Part shown: in pieces, positions 24,350 to 33,826 of the stretch | Layout: every line of letters starts with the position of its first letter | How positions within the stretch are numbered: the stretch's first letter is position 1 | Origin: a virus | Lineage: Duplodnaviria; Caudoviricetes | Virus record (IMG/VR): IMGVR_UViG_3300035492_000032 | Span: 1-34,897 of that record | DNA: 34,897 bases | Reading direction: 5' to 3' (one strand) | Position numbers and translations under genes: made by a program | Notes under the pieces: model-generated | Seen by the model: the letters and a program-made list of their open reading frames with translations, nothing else | Told to the model about the DNA's origin: nothing | The model's database searches: none

Positions 24350-24378
24350 GGGGCGGGCTCCGGCTCGCCCCGTTTCTC
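24350..24378 (+). terminator. Intrinsic terminator after the MCP
   Basis: GGGGCGGGC-loop-GCTCGCCCC then GTTTCTCT. Confidence 0.6.
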
Positions 24379-24389
24379 TGGAGACTGAA

Positions 24390-24650
24390 ATGCCCGAGCA
24401 GAAGATTGCATACGAAAAACACCCGGTGTCGCCGGAGCGCAAGGCAGAACTGCGCGCTCAGGGATTCAAGATTCTCGACGCTCGATTCAAGCCGGTCGAC
24501 GTGGAAGGCGAGGATGACGAACAAGGCGGCGATCGCAAGATGACCGTTGCCGAAATCCGCGCCGCGCTGACCGCGAAGGGCGTCGAGTTCGATGCCAATG
24601 CCAAGAAGCCCGAACTGCAGGCGCTGCTGGATAAAGCCGAGGCCGAGTAA
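24390..24650 (+). CDS. Head-associated protein with a HeH/LEM-like domain
   Basis: MTVAEIRAALTAKGVEFDANAKKPELQALL. Confidence 0.75.
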   Translation: MPEQKIAYEKHPVSPERKAELRAQGFKILDARFKPVDVEGEDDEQGGDRKMTVAEIRAALTAKGVEFDANAKKPELQALLDKAEAE

Positions 24651-25019
24651 ATGACCGACTTCATCACCATCGCGCAGGTCGACGGCCTGCTGGGGTCCGA
24701 CTGGACCACCGAAGACAAGAAGGCCCGCGCGGTGCTGATGGCTAACGTCTGGCTGACGGAGCGGCTTACTGCGACGTTTTCGACAACGCCTGATGCGGTC
24801 GTACAGGCCGGGGCGGAAATCGCTCAACTGGCGGCGTCTGGCGGGCTCTACGGAGCTCAGGAGCGTGAGGTCGTCAGCACGAGTGTGACTGCTGGCCCGG
24901 TCCAGTCGAGCAAGACCTTCAAGGATGGCAGCAAGGCGCTGTCCGCAGCCGAGTCGTTCGCACTGGCGCTCATTAAGCCCTGGTCGAACAAGGGCCAGGT
25001 CAGGCTGGTGAGGGGCTGA
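24651..25019 (+). CDS. Head-tail connector/adaptor
   Basis: Position and size. Confidence 0.7.
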   Translation: MTDFITIAQVDGLLGSDWTTEDKKARAVLMANVWLTERLTATFSTTPDAVVQAGAEIAQLAASGGLYGAQEREVVSTSVTAGPVQSSKTFKDGSKALSAAESFALALIKPWSNKGQVRLVRG

Positions 25020-25020
25020 T

Positions 25021-25407
25021 ATGTCACTGCGCGACGAGATTCTACAAGGCGCTGCCGAGGCGCTGGCTGTCGTCGAAGAGATCGGCGAAACGATCACGCT
25101 GACCCTCGAGCAGGTCGGCGGCTATGACCCGGTGACGGGCGAAACGACGCCAGGCCAGACACTAACGCAGACCACGAAAGCGATCCTCGACAACTACAGC
25201 CTGCAGTCATCCGGAACCCAATACTCGGACGGCTCGATGATCCTTCGTGACGACAAGAAGATCTTCTTCGGCGCCGCCGGCCTCGAATGGCCTCCAACGC
25301 TGGAGACGACGATTACCGCAGCCGGCCAGGTGTGGACAGTCGTCGCCGTCTCCACGCTCAATCCGACCGGTGATGTGCTGGCCTATGAGGTCCAGGGGAG
25401 GCGCTGA
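25021..25407 (+). CDS. Head closure / head-tail joining protein
   Basis: GGYDPVTG motif, YEVQGRR C-terminus. Confidence 0.7.
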   Translation: MSLRDEILQGAAEALAVVEEIGETITLTLEQVGGYDPVTGETTPGQTLTQTTKAILDNYSLQSSGTQYSDGSMILRDDKKIFFGAAGLEWPPTLETTITAAGQVWTVVAVSTLNPTGDVLAYEVQGRR

Positions 25408-25802
25408 TGTCGTTCTCTGATGATATTCGGCGCTTCACCACGAAGACGGTCGAGGCGCACGACAAGATCACCCGGACGGCCACGCTAGAGCTTTTCAGTG
25501 GGGTGATCAAGGCCACACCTGTGGATACAGGTCGTGCGCGGGGCAACTGGCAGACAGCGGTTGGTTCGCCAGCGCAGGCGGAGACTGATCGAGTAGACAA
25601 AAGCGGTGGCGAGGCAATTGCTGAGGTCGAATCCAAAACCCCGCAGGGTGCCGGCCAGGTCACGTACCTGTCGAACAACCTTCCCTATATCGACGAGCTC
25701 GAAAATGGCAGCTCCAAGCAGGCGCCCGAAGGGATGGTCCGCAAGAACATGGACCGCGTGCAGCGCATGGTAGAAACCGCTATCCGCAAGAACAAGGTGT
25801 GA
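25407..25802 (+). CDS. HK97 gp10-like tail completion protein
   Basis: TPVDTGRARGNW...NNLPY...LENGSSKQAPEGMVR. Confidence 0.85.
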   Translation: MSFSDDIRRFTTKTVEAHDKITRTATLELFSGVIKATPVDTGRARGNWQTAVGSPAQAETDRVDKSGGEAIAEVESKTPQGAGQVTYLSNNLPYIDELENGSSKQAPEGMVRKNMDRVQRMVETAIRKNKV

Positions 25803-25804
25803 CG

Positions 25805-26281
25805 ATGAGCGAAGCCAAAATCCACTCAGCGCTGGTGTCGGCCTACATCGCGTCAGGCGTCATGCCTGTGGAACGCACGGCATTCGAGGGCAAGACCTTC
25901 ACGCCGCCGATCGGGCAGAGCTGGGCGCGGCTAACTGGTCTGCCTACTGATCGCGCGCCTGCCGCCCAAGGCAGGAATGCCGCCCAGGAATGGACCGGCG
26001 TGCTGCAAATCGACCTGTTCCACCCAAAGGACACCGGCCATGCCGGGCTGTTGGCCGGTGCCGACGCACTGCTGAGCCATTTCAAGTCCGGCGCGCGCAT
26101 CCATTACAGGCCGGGGAATGAGCCTTCGCTCGTGATTAATTTCGTTGCAGAGCAATACAGCATCGAAACCGGCCAGCAAGTACTGATCCGGCGCGCTGAG
26201 CGCTCGCAGATTCGCCAGGAAGACGTCTGGCAGTCGGTCAGCGTCAGCGTCTACTGCACCGCCTGGAGCTTCCCGGCGTAA
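25805..26281 (+). CDS. Tail terminator-like protein (DUF4128 type)
   Basis: Position before the tail tube; GVLQIDLFHPKDTG. Confidence 0.7.
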   Translation: MSEAKIHSALVSAYIASGVMPVERTAFEGKTFTPPIGQSWARLTGLPTDRAPAAQGRNAAQEWTGVLQIDLFHPKDTGHAGLLAGADALLSHFKSGARIHYRPGNEPSLVINFVAEQYSIETGQQVLIRRAERSQIRQEDVWQSVSVSVYCTAWSFPA

Positions 26282-26301
26282 ACACAACCCGAAACACCGC
26301 G

Positions 26302-26322
26302 GCCCGCCTTGAGCGGGCTTTT
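26302..26322 (+). terminator. Intrinsic terminator
   Basis: GCCCGC-CTTGA-GCGGGC-TTTT. Confidence 0.7.
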
Positions 26323-26341
26323 GCATTTCTGGAGATAGCAA

Positions 26342-27250
26342 ATGCCCTATGCACAAGGCGTCAATCAGAACACCTACATCAAGCTGGAGGGCGTCGGCGG
26401 CACTCTCGACCCGGCCGTCGCCTGGATTCCGCTGCGCCTCATCACCAATGGCCTGAGCCAGTCGGTCGAGGAGTTGGAGTCCGACGAGATGCTGCCCGGC
26501 CGCCACATGGCCGAGTCCCGCAGCGGCGTTTCCAGCGTGGCCGGCGACCTCGAGGCTGAGCTGACCTATGGCACCTTCGACATGCTGCTCGAGGCGGCCT
26601 TTCACGGAACCTGGACCGCCAACGTCCTGAAGACCGGAAGCACTCGGCGCAAGTTCGCCATCCTCAAGCACAACGAGGACATTGGCCGGTGGTTGATCTA
26701 CCGCGGCTGCGAAGTCGGCAGCGTTGCGATCGACTGCCCGCTGCAGGGCAAGATCGGCATCACCTTCTCCATGATCGGCACCAAGGAAGAGCCTTATGTC
26801 TACGATGCTCTGACCGAGAGCATCGCTGATCCGACCGAGACCGTGATGATGACCACGTTCGAGGGTTCGCTGACCGAAGGCGGCACTGGCCTCAACCACG
26901 CGACCGCCCTGAATCTGTCGCTGGACAATGGCATGGAGGCTATCTACCGCCTGTTCAGCCGCGACGCCTACGACATCAAGCTGGGCCGCATCAACGTCTC
27001 CGGCAGCCTGTCCGCCTACATCGAGGACAACCGCCTGAAGGACAAGTACCTCGGCGAGACCAAGACCCCGCTGGTCGTGACCCTGACCGATGGCGAGAAC
27101 AGCTATCAGATCAGCATGACCCAGGCCAAGCTGACGACCTCGAGCGAGGAAGGCAGCGGCGACGATCCGATCATTCAGAACTACGATTTCCGCGCCTTCA
27201 ACGACTCGGCCGTAGACACTGAGATCACCATCACCCGCATTCCGGCGTAA
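26342..27250 (+). CDS. Major tail tube protein
   Basis: Position, 302 aa, beta-rich; RBS GGAG. Confidence 0.85.
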   Translation: MPYAQGVNQNTYIKLEGVGGTLDPAVAWIPLRLITNGLSQSVEELESDEMLPGRHMAESRSGVSSVAGDLEAELTYGTFDMLLEAAFHGTWTANVLKTGSTRRKFAILKHNEDIGRWLIYRGCEVGSVAIDCPLQGKIGITFSMIGTKEEPYVYDALTESIADPTETVMMTTFEGSLTEGGTGLNHATALNLSLDNGMEAIYRLFSRDAYDIKLGRINVSGSLSAYIEDNRLKDKYLGETKTPLVVTLTDGENSYQISMTQAKLTTSSEEGSGDDPIIQNYDFRAFNDSAVDTEITITRIPA

Positions 27251-27259
27251 GGGGTTCGC

Positions 27260-27652
27260 ATGAAACCGAGTGACTTCTTCACCCGGGCCAAGGCGAACGA
27301 GGGGGAGCGCATGCCGCTCTCCCTGCCTGACGGGACGCCAACGGATGAGTGGCTGCAGATCAGAGGTGTCGACTCCGACGAGTTCCGCGTGGCGCTGGAT
27401 GAGTTCCGGCGCGAGCTGCTGGTCCTGGCTTCGGTCAAGGACGAAAAGGAGCGAGCGGAGAAGACAGAGGCCGCACGGCTCAAGTTGAATGCCGCGCTCG
27501 TGATCGGCTGGTCATTCGATGCAGAGTTCTCCGAGGCAGCATTGCTGGAGTTCCTGCGTGAGGCGCCCTACGTCGCCGCAGAGGTTGACCGGTTTGCGAG
27601 TGATCGCCGCCGTTTTTTTGGGAAACGCTCGGCGGTCTCGCAGAACAGCTAA
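27260..27652 (+). CDS. Tail assembly chaperone (gpG-like)
   Basis: Between tail tube and TMP; slippery T-TTT-TTT at 27613-27619. Confidence 0.85.
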   Translation: MKPSDFFTRAKANEGERMPLSLPDGTPTDEWLQIRGVDSDEFRVALDEFRRELLVLASVKDEKERAEKTEAARLKLNAALVIGWSFDAEFSEAALLEFLREAPYVAAEVDRFASDRRRFFGKRSAVSQNS

Positions 27653-27972
27653 TCGCGCACGCCGAGCATCAACTTGGACTGCTGCGGCCGGCAGGGCCAA
27701 GGCCGAAGAAAGGGCCGGACAAGCGCATCACCGTCCGCGCGCAGCTGGAAGCGATCACGGAGAAGACCGGCAAACGTCCATCTCGCCTAGACGGCCCGCC
27801 GTGCCCGCCTGAGCTGGCCTACGTCTGGGAGTGGTACTGCTCAGCCAGGCCGATAGGTTCGCTCGTCGAGCTGAAGGCATGGGCCGATCTTTACGGACAC
27901 ACGCTGAAGCCGCACGAGATCATGCTGTTGCGCCGGCTGGCTTCGACTGAAGAGCGCATCGCGAGCCAGTAG
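27619..27972 (+). CDS. gpT-like -1 frameshift extension of the tail chaperone
   Basis: Open -1 frame without its own start: WETLGGLAEQLIAHAEHQLG...PPCPPELAYVWEWY...ELKAWADLYG...*. Confidence 0.8.
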   Translation, partial: WETLGGLAEQLIAHAEHQLGLLRPAGPRPKKGPDKRITVRAQLEAITEKTGKRPSRLDGPPCPPELAYVWEWYCSARPIGSLVELKAWADLYGHTLKPHEIMLLRRLASTEERIASQ

Positions 27973-28018
27973 GGCGCCGATTTGGTAAAGTCTGCGCTTT
28001 CTTAGGGAGGGTCGGCGT

Positions 28019-28414
28019 ATGAAGACGCTTGCAGCAGTGATTGGGATCTCTGTTCTTTTAGTAGGCTGCGCTCAGCCAAGGCCAGCTCCGGCGCCTAAGT
28101 CACCACCAGTGCCTACATGGAAAAACGTAGAGCTCACCAAGGAAATTGAAGAATCCGGGACTGCAGTTGTGCGAGATTCACTGAAGGACCCGGACTCAGC
28201 GAAATTCAGCGGTCTGTACGCAGTTAAGCGTATCGATGGGCAAGGACCAACAGGGCTTTGCGGTTACGTGAATGCCAAGAACAGTTACGGCGGTTACGTG
28301 GGCAAGAAACGATTCTTCGCTGGCGCGACCTTGGCCTCTATTTGGGACGACAACCCGCGCTACGGCTTTAGCTCTGACAACATGATGATCCTAGACGCAT
28401 GCGTCAATCGCTAA
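28019..28414 (+). CDS. Moron lipoprotein
   Basis: Lipobox LVGC; LKDPDSAKF...CGYVNAKNSYGGYVG; RBS AGGGAGG; extended -10 TGgTAAAGT at 27983-27991. Confidence 0.8.
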   Translation: MKTLAAVIGISVLLVGCAQPRPAPAPKSPPVPTWKNVELTKEIEESGTAVVRDSLKDPDSAKFSGLYAVKRIDGQGPTGLCGYVNAKNSYGGYVGKKRFFAGATLASIWDDNPRYGFSSDNMMILDACVNR

Positions 28415-28427
28415 GAAAGAGGCATAC

Positions 28428-28805
28428 ATGCGTAACATTATTGCAGTTTTGCTATTTGCGCTGACCCTGGCTGGCTGCGCTAACAATCGTATCGACTACA
28501 ACCAGAAGTCCATGAACCTATCGCTGGGTATGTCTAAAGCCGACGTGCAGGCTGTCATGGGGCTCCCGCGAAGAACGGATGTAAATCAGGATCGTGAACG
28601 CTGGATCTACTGGAACCCGGTCATGATGGGGTTCACGCCTGTAGACAACGAGCAGCTGGCCCAAGATCGACTCGTGGTCACGTTCGAGGATGGCAAGGTG
28701 GCGCGATGGGGTAACCAGACCCTCACCGATGACATGCTGGAGGCGAGCCAGAAGTCGATCGAATCGTCGTACAAAGTTATGCAGCAGGGCTCGCCGCCTA
28801 AGTAG
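28428..28805 (+). CDS. Moron lipoprotein, BamE/SmpA-OmlA-like
   Basis: Lipobox LAGC; LSLGMSKADVQAVMGLP...WIY...LVVTFEDGKV. Confidence 0.8.
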   Translation: MRNIIAVLLFALTLAGCANNRIDYNQKSMNLSLGMSKADVQAVMGLPRRTDVNQDRERWIYWNPVMMGFTPVDNEQLAQDRLVVTFEDGKVARWGNQTLTDDMLEASQKSIESSYKVMQQGSPPK

Positions 28806-28822
28806 CAGTAACTGATCGTAAG

Positions 28823-28846
28823 AAGCCCGCCTAGTGCGGGCTTTTT
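28823..28846 (+). terminator. Moron terminator
   Basis: AAGCCCGC-CTAGT-GCGGGC-TTTTT. Confidence 0.8.
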
Positions 28847-28862
28847 CATGCCTGGAGAAAAG

Positions 28863-29222
28863 ATGCGACCTCAAGACTTCTACACCCGGACTCGGGCCAG
28901 CGCAGGCATTCGTATTGAGCTGAAAGATCCGGCAGGTCATAAAGAATGGGTGCGCGTCAGGTCTGTGATCAGCGAGGAACACCGCAAAGCTCGTGAAGAG
29001 CTTGTTCGTCAAGCCATTGCTGATGGGCGCGCCGTCGCAGAAGACCCATCTCAGCGAAAAGCGCTGGCACGCCGCCGGCGCGCAGTGCTTGCCGCATCCC
29101 TAATAGCCGAGTGGTCGATTCCTGTGGGCCCGGTTGACCTGCTAATCAAAAATCCTCGGCTTCGGCGCCAGATTGAGCTGATCGCCGAAAACCACGCTTT
29201 GCACTTTGGAGTTGAAAAATGA
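28863..29222 (+). CDS. Second, diverged tail-assembly-chaperone paralog
   Basis: MRPQDFYTR..A..G...EW...R...S.E.R.A..E...A.L...WS...FG aligns with 27260-27652. Confidence 0.7.
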   Translation: MRPQDFYTRTRASAGIRIELKDPAGHKEWVRVRSVISEEHRKAREELVRQAIADGRAVAEDPSQRKALARRRRAVLAASLIAEWSIPVGPVDLLIKNPRLRRQIELIAENHALHFGVEK

Positions 29223-31504
29223 CCGAATACGCAAGGCTGGTTGTCGCGGTCGACAGCACTCAAGCTGCGAAAGCCCGGGCAGAGTTAGAAAAGCTGCCGG
29301 GCGCCGCCGGCCGCGCTGAATCTTCAGCAAACCGCATGGGCGCATCGTTTGCCAAGCTCGGCGGAATTCTTGCCTCTGCGATCAGTATTCGCGAGATAGC
29401 CAGCGCATCCGAGCAATACGTCAACATGACCAACCGGTTGCGCCTAGTGACCGAAGGCAGCGAGCAGCTTGCCTACGCACAAGAAGCGGTGATGCGCGCC
29501 GCGCAGCAGACTTACCAACCGCTTGAGACGACTGCAGAGGTCTATCAGCGGATCGCGCAAAACGCCAACGCGCTTGGCTTGTCGTTCGCAGAGGTCGAGG
29601 CGGTCACCAAGACCGTGAGCCGAACCATTGCGCTCAGCGGGGCCGATACCCAGGCGGCGGCCGGCGCAATGCGCCAGTTCGGGCAGGCGCTGGCCTCTGG
29701 ATCGCTACGCGGCGACGAGCTGAACTCGATTCTGGAAGGCACGCCAGCCCTGGCTCAGGCGGTTGCGCGCGGCCTTGGTGTGACTACAGGCGAGTTGCGC
29801 GCAATGGGCGCAGAGGGAGAGCTGACGGCCTCTAAGATCATCTCCGCCCTGCAGAGCCAAGAGGCTGCGGTCGAAGAGATGTCGCGCACGATGAACGTGA
29901 CGGCTGGGCAGGCCATGGTCACTTTCGGCAATGCCCTTGTTGGTATTGTCGGCAAGCTGGACGAGGCCAGCGGCGCTAGCCGATGGTTCGCCAGTGCAGT
30001 GCTCGACCTTTCCGGCGCGCTCAACCGCTTCAGTTCTGGCGAATTCATGGATTTCTTTCGTGACAGCAAGCAGACCGCCGAGGGGTTCAATAACGAGATC
30101 AGCGTGACGCTCTCGCAGATTCGCGATTTGACCGACGCGCGCGCGAAGCTGGACAAGAACGATCCCGACGACACGGTGCTGTTCCGGTTCAAGTTCTGGA
30201 ACAGGGAAGAGCTTGACGCCGAGATCGCAGGACTAAACGGCCAAGTTCAACGGTTCCAAAAGGCTCGAGATCGGCTGATCGATCTGAGCAATAAGCCCGG
30301 AGCAGAGACACCGAAGGGCGACGGCTCTGGCGCGCCAACCATTGCCCCGCCTCCAGAGAAAACGGATAAAGCCACTCAAGCCATCGACCGCCAAATTCAG
30401 GCGCTACGCCTCCAGGCTGAGACGCTTGGCATGACGGCAAGTCAGGTCGAGCTGTACAAGCTCGCGTCAGAGGGCGCTAGCGACATTCAGCTTCAGAAGG
30501 CCGCGGCTGCCCTTGAGGCTGTGAGAGCTTACGAAGAACAAGCTGAGGCTATCCAGCTAGTCAATGCCGCCGAGGAGCAGAGCAATCGTGACGCGGCGTC
30601 GATTCTTGAATCGCTACGCACAGAAGAGGAGGCAATCCGCGACTCCTATGAACGCCGCCGGCAGATCATTCTCAGTGCAACCCTGCTAACTGAACAGGAG
30701 AAGAACGAAGCTATTCTGCGGCTGAAGCAAGAACACGACGAGCAGATGATTCAGGCGAACGGCTCCTATTGGGAGCGTTACATGCTCGCGGCCCAGGAGA
30801 ACCTGCAATCTTTCGACGAGCTAGCCGGCAATATGCTGGAGAACTTCAGCAGCAGGTTCGGTGATGCATTCGAGTCGATGGTGTTTGACGCTGAATCTCT
30901 TGGTGATGCCGTATCTGGGCTTGCCGAAGGCATGGCACGTTCGGTCGTAAACGCGCTCGGTCAGATGGCTGCCCAATGGCTGGCATATCAGGCTGTCCAG
31001 CTACTGGTCGGCTCGACAACGCAGGCTAGCGCCGCATCAACAATGACGTTCAATGCACTGGCTTCGCAGCAGATGGCTGCGATTAACGCCTTCGCCTCAA
31101 CCGCCGCAATCCCAATTGTTGGGCCGGCGATGGCGCCTGCGGCTGCGACCGCAGCAATAGCTGCAACCACTCCAATGGTAACGGCAGTTTCTACGCTTGC
31201 CTTGGCAGGCATGGCCCACGATGGCATCGACTCGGTTCCCAAGGAGGGCACCTGGTTGCTCGATAAAGGCGAGCGCGTCGTTGATCGCCGCACTAACGCT
31301 GACCTGAAAGAGTTTTTGGCTGATGGGCGATCGGGTGGTGGCAAGGGTGATGTGAATATCCCTATCACCGTCACCGTAGAGGCGCAGCCTGGCATGAGTG
31401 AGGCCGAGGCGCAGCGGCAGGGATCGATGTACGCCCAGCAGATCGAGAACAAGATCGTCCAGGTCATCGCCCGCGAAAAACGCCCGGGCGGCCTGCTCTC
31501 GTAA
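29219..31504 (+). CDS. Tape measure protein
   Basis: 761 aa; QFGQALASGSLRGDELNSILE; C-terminal AHDGIDSVPKEGTWLLDKGERV. Confidence 0.95.
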   Translation: MTEYARLVVAVDSTQAAKARAELEKLPGAAGRAESSANRMGASFAKLGGILASAISIREIASASEQYVNMTNRLRLVTEGSEQLAYAQEAVMRAAQQTYQPLETTAEVYQRIAQNANALGLSFAEVEAVTKTVSRTIALSGADTQAAAGAMRQFGQALASGSLRGDELNSILEGTPALAQAVARGLGVTTGELRAMGAEGELTASKIISALQSQEAAVEEMSRTMNVTAGQAMVTFGNALVGIVGKLDEASGASRWFASAVLDLSGALNRFSSGEFMDFFRDSKQTAEGFNNEISVTLSQIRDLTDARAKLDKNDPDDTVLFRFKFWNREELDAEIAGLNGQVQRFQKARDRLIDLSNKPGAETPKGDGSGAPTIAPPPEKTDKATQAIDRQIQALRLQAETLGMTASQVELYKLASEGASDIQLQKAAAALEAVRAYEEQAEAIQLVNAAEEQSNRDAASILESLRTEEEAIRDSYERRRQIILSATLLTEQEKNEAILRLKQEHDEQMIQANGSYWERYMLAAQENLQSFDELAGNMLENFSSRFGDAFESMVFDAESLGDAVSGLAEGMARSVVNALGQMAAQWLAYQAVQLLVGSTTQASAASTMTFNALASQQMAAINAFASTAAIPIVGPAMAPAAATAAIAATTPMVTAVSTLALAGMAHDGIDSVPKEGTWLLDKGERVVDRRTNADLKEFLADGRSGGGKGDVNIPITVTVEAQPGMSEAEAQRQGSMYAQQIENKIVQVIAREKRPGGLLS

Positions 31505-31513
31505 GGAACCAAC

Positions 31514-31861
31514 ATGGAAACGCTACCCGATATCGGGGTCAATCCGAGCTACGGGTTGCGCTCCGCTGGCACCTTTGCGCGCGACGTAAACCAGTTCGGC
31601 GACGGCTACGAGCTTCGCCGGCCGGCTGGGCTCAACTCGCACCGCAGGACGTGGGACATAACGTGGAAGCTACTCACCGAGCAGCAGATGCAGGTGATCC
31701 GCGACTTCCTCAATGATCAGCTCGGCGTGCATGCCTTTATCTGGAACATGCCGGGCGGCGGATCAGTGACGGTGATCTGCGAAGAGCCGCCCGTTGACTC
31801 GCACGACAACTGGGACAACTTCACGCTGTCGGCCACCTTCAAAGAAGACCACAACCTATGA
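31514..31861 (+). CDS. Distal tail protein (lambda gpM-like)
   Basis: FGDGYE.R...GLN motif. Confidence 0.88.
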   Translation: METLPDIGVNPSYGLRSAGTFARDVNQFGDGYELRRPAGLNSHRRTWDITWKLLTEQQMQVIRDFLNDQLGVHAFIWNMPGGGSVTVICEEPPVDSHDNWDNFTLSATFKEDHNL

Positions 31862-32562
31862 GCGAGATCATTGCCCGGGACGTTCAGCTCTTGGAGCAGG
31901 ACGCCATAGTCGTGATGTTCCAGCTTGACCTGAGCCAGTTCGGCGGCGAGTTGCTGCGGTTCGCTCCGGCTCCGGTAGATGGCCAGGTCGTGCGGTTCGG
32001 CGGCGAGCAGTACCTGCCGCTGCCGATCATGGCCGAGGGCTTTGTCTGGAACGGCAAGGGCACGCTGCCGAGACCGACGCTGACCGTTACGTCGATGGAT
32101 CTGGCGTTCCTGTCGATCGTCCTGTCCGCCGATGACATGGTGGGCGCTCCTATTCGCCGGCTGCGGACGTACCGCAAGCACTTGGACGACGGCAGCGACC
32201 CAGACCCGACCGCGCTGTTCCCGGTCGATCATTACGTCATCGAGCGCAAGACCAGCCAGAACAAGCGGCAGATCCAGTTCGAGCTGTCGGTGCAGATGGA
32301 TCAGGAGGGCCGGAAGATTCCTGCTCGTCAGGTGCTGCGCGATACCTGCACGAAGCGGTACCGCTGGTGGGACGGCACGCAGTATCGGTACGAGGGCGTG
32401 ACCTGCCCCTACGCAGGCGCCGGCCAGTGGCAGCAAAACGGAGCGCCTGCAGCCACTGGTCAGGACCGGTGCGGCAAGCGCCTATCCGATTGCCGGCTGC
32501 GCTTCGGGCAGAACGGCGACCTGCCTTTCGGTGGATTTCCTGGTGTTGCGAGGTATCGCTGA
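31858..32562 (+). CDS. Minor tail protein (lambda gpL-like)
   Basis: PRPTLTV; C-terminal Cys cluster DRCGKRLSDCRLRF...FGGFPG. Confidence 0.92.
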   Translation: MSEIIARDVQLLEQDAIVVMFQLDLSQFGGELLRFAPAPVDGQVVRFGGEQYLPLPIMAEGFVWNGKGTLPRPTLTVTSMDLAFLSIVLSADDMVGAPIRRLRTYRKHLDDGSDPDPTALFPVDHYVIERKTSQNKRQIQFELSVQMDQEGRKIPARQVLRDTCTKRYRWWDGTQYRYEGVTCPYAGAGQWQQNGAPAATGQDRCGKRLSDCRLRFGQNGDLPFGGFPGVARYR

Positions 32563-33281
32563 TGTTTGACGAATACCGCGAACAGATCAGGCGCGAGGCG
32601 CTGGCGGCCTATCCGCGCGAAGCGGTCTGGCTGATCACGCCAGGAGAGTGCCGGCAGGTCGAGAACATCGCCAGCGAGCCGACCAAGACCTTCCGTGTAT
32701 CCAAGCGCGATATGGCCGCCGCTATGGCGCGCGGGCTGCTCGCTGTGGTGCATAGCCACCCTGACTATCCGGCGTGCCCAAGCGCTGCGGATATGCGCGG
32801 GCAAGAGGCCAGCGGCGCGCCTTGGGGCATCGTCGCTACTAACGGTGAGACGGCGACCGATATCGTCTGGTTTGGCGATCAGGTCGAGCGCTCGCCGTTG
32901 ATTGGCCGTGGCTTCCGGCATGGCGTAACAGACTGCTATGCGCTGATCCGCGACTACTACCGGTCTGAGCTTGGCATTGACCTGATCGAGTTTCCGCGCG
33001 ACTGGGAGTGGTGGCTCAACGGCGGCGACCTGTACCGCGACGGCATCAAGCCCGCTGGTTTCCGCGTAATCGAGCAGCACGAGGCAAAGCCAGGCGATAT
33101 GTGGATTGCCCAGCTGCGCAGCCCGGTACCGAACCATGGCGGCGTTCTGCTCGAGCACGGCCTTGGCCTGCATCACCCTAGCGCCCGCGAGCCGGTTGAT
33201 CCGTCTCGCCTTTCGGTGCGCGAACCGCTGGCCCGCTGGCTCCCGTACATCACTATCTGGCTCAGGCACGAATCACGATGA
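32562..33281 (+). CDS. Tail tip assembly protein (lambda gpK-like; JAB + NlpC/P60)
   Basis: VVHSHP...PSAAD; DCYALIRDYY; NHGG. Confidence 0.92.
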   Translation: MFDEYREQIRREALAAYPREAVWLITPGECRQVENIASEPTKTFRVSKRDMAAAMARGLLAVVHSHPDYPACPSAADMRGQEASGAPWGIVATNGETATDIVWFGDQVERSPLIGRGFRHGVTDCYALIRDYYRSELGIDLIEFPRDWEWWLNGGDLYRDGIKPAGFRVIEQHEAKPGDMWIAQLRSPVPNHGGVLLEHGLGLHHPSAREPVDPSRLSVREPLARWLPYITIWLRHESR

Positions 33282-33826
33282 AGACCATCCACCTGCACGG
33301 CCCACTGGCTCGCTTCGGCGAGCCTTTTTGTTTGGACGTAAGGGATGCCGCCGAGGCTGTGCGGGCTCTGTCGGTGCAGATCAAGGGCTTTCGTGACGCG
33401 GTAGCAGCAGGTAACTGGCATGTCTTTCGCGGTCCTGTAGAGCGTGGCGTCTCACTGGATATCGACGGCCTGACTGTAGGCCTGCGCGACGGCGAAGAGA
33501 TCCACCTGATGCCAGCGATCGAGGGGGCGAGCGGTGCGTTCAATTTCATCGCTGGTGCCGTGCTTGTTGTGGCGGGCGTGTTCACCGCCAACCCGTACCT
33601 AATCGCGGCCGGCGCCGGGATGATGATCGGCGGGATCATCCAGCTGACCACAAACGTTCCCTCTTCCGACTACGGGAATCGCGAGGAGGCCGACCAGCGC
33701 CCCTCATTCCTGTTCGACGGCGCAGTAAACACATCGACCCAAGGGCTGCCGGTGCCCGTCATATACGGCCGCGTCCGCGTCGGCTCGGTAGTTATCAGCG
33801 CAGGCCTGACCAGCGAGGAAGTGTGA
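33278..33826 (+). CDS. Tail assembly protein (lambda gpI-like)
   Basis: AAEAVRAL; NTSTQGLPVPVIYG...GSVVISAG. Confidence 0.92.
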   Translation: MKTIHLHGPLARFGEPFCLDVRDAAEAVRALSVQIKGFRDAVAAGNWHVFRGPVERGVSLDIDGLTVGLRDGEEIHLMPAIEGASGAFNFIAGAVLVVAGVFTANPYLIAAGAGMMIGGIIQLTTNVPSSDYGNREEADQRPSFLFDGAVNTSTQGLPVPVIYGRVRVGSVVISAGLTSEEV

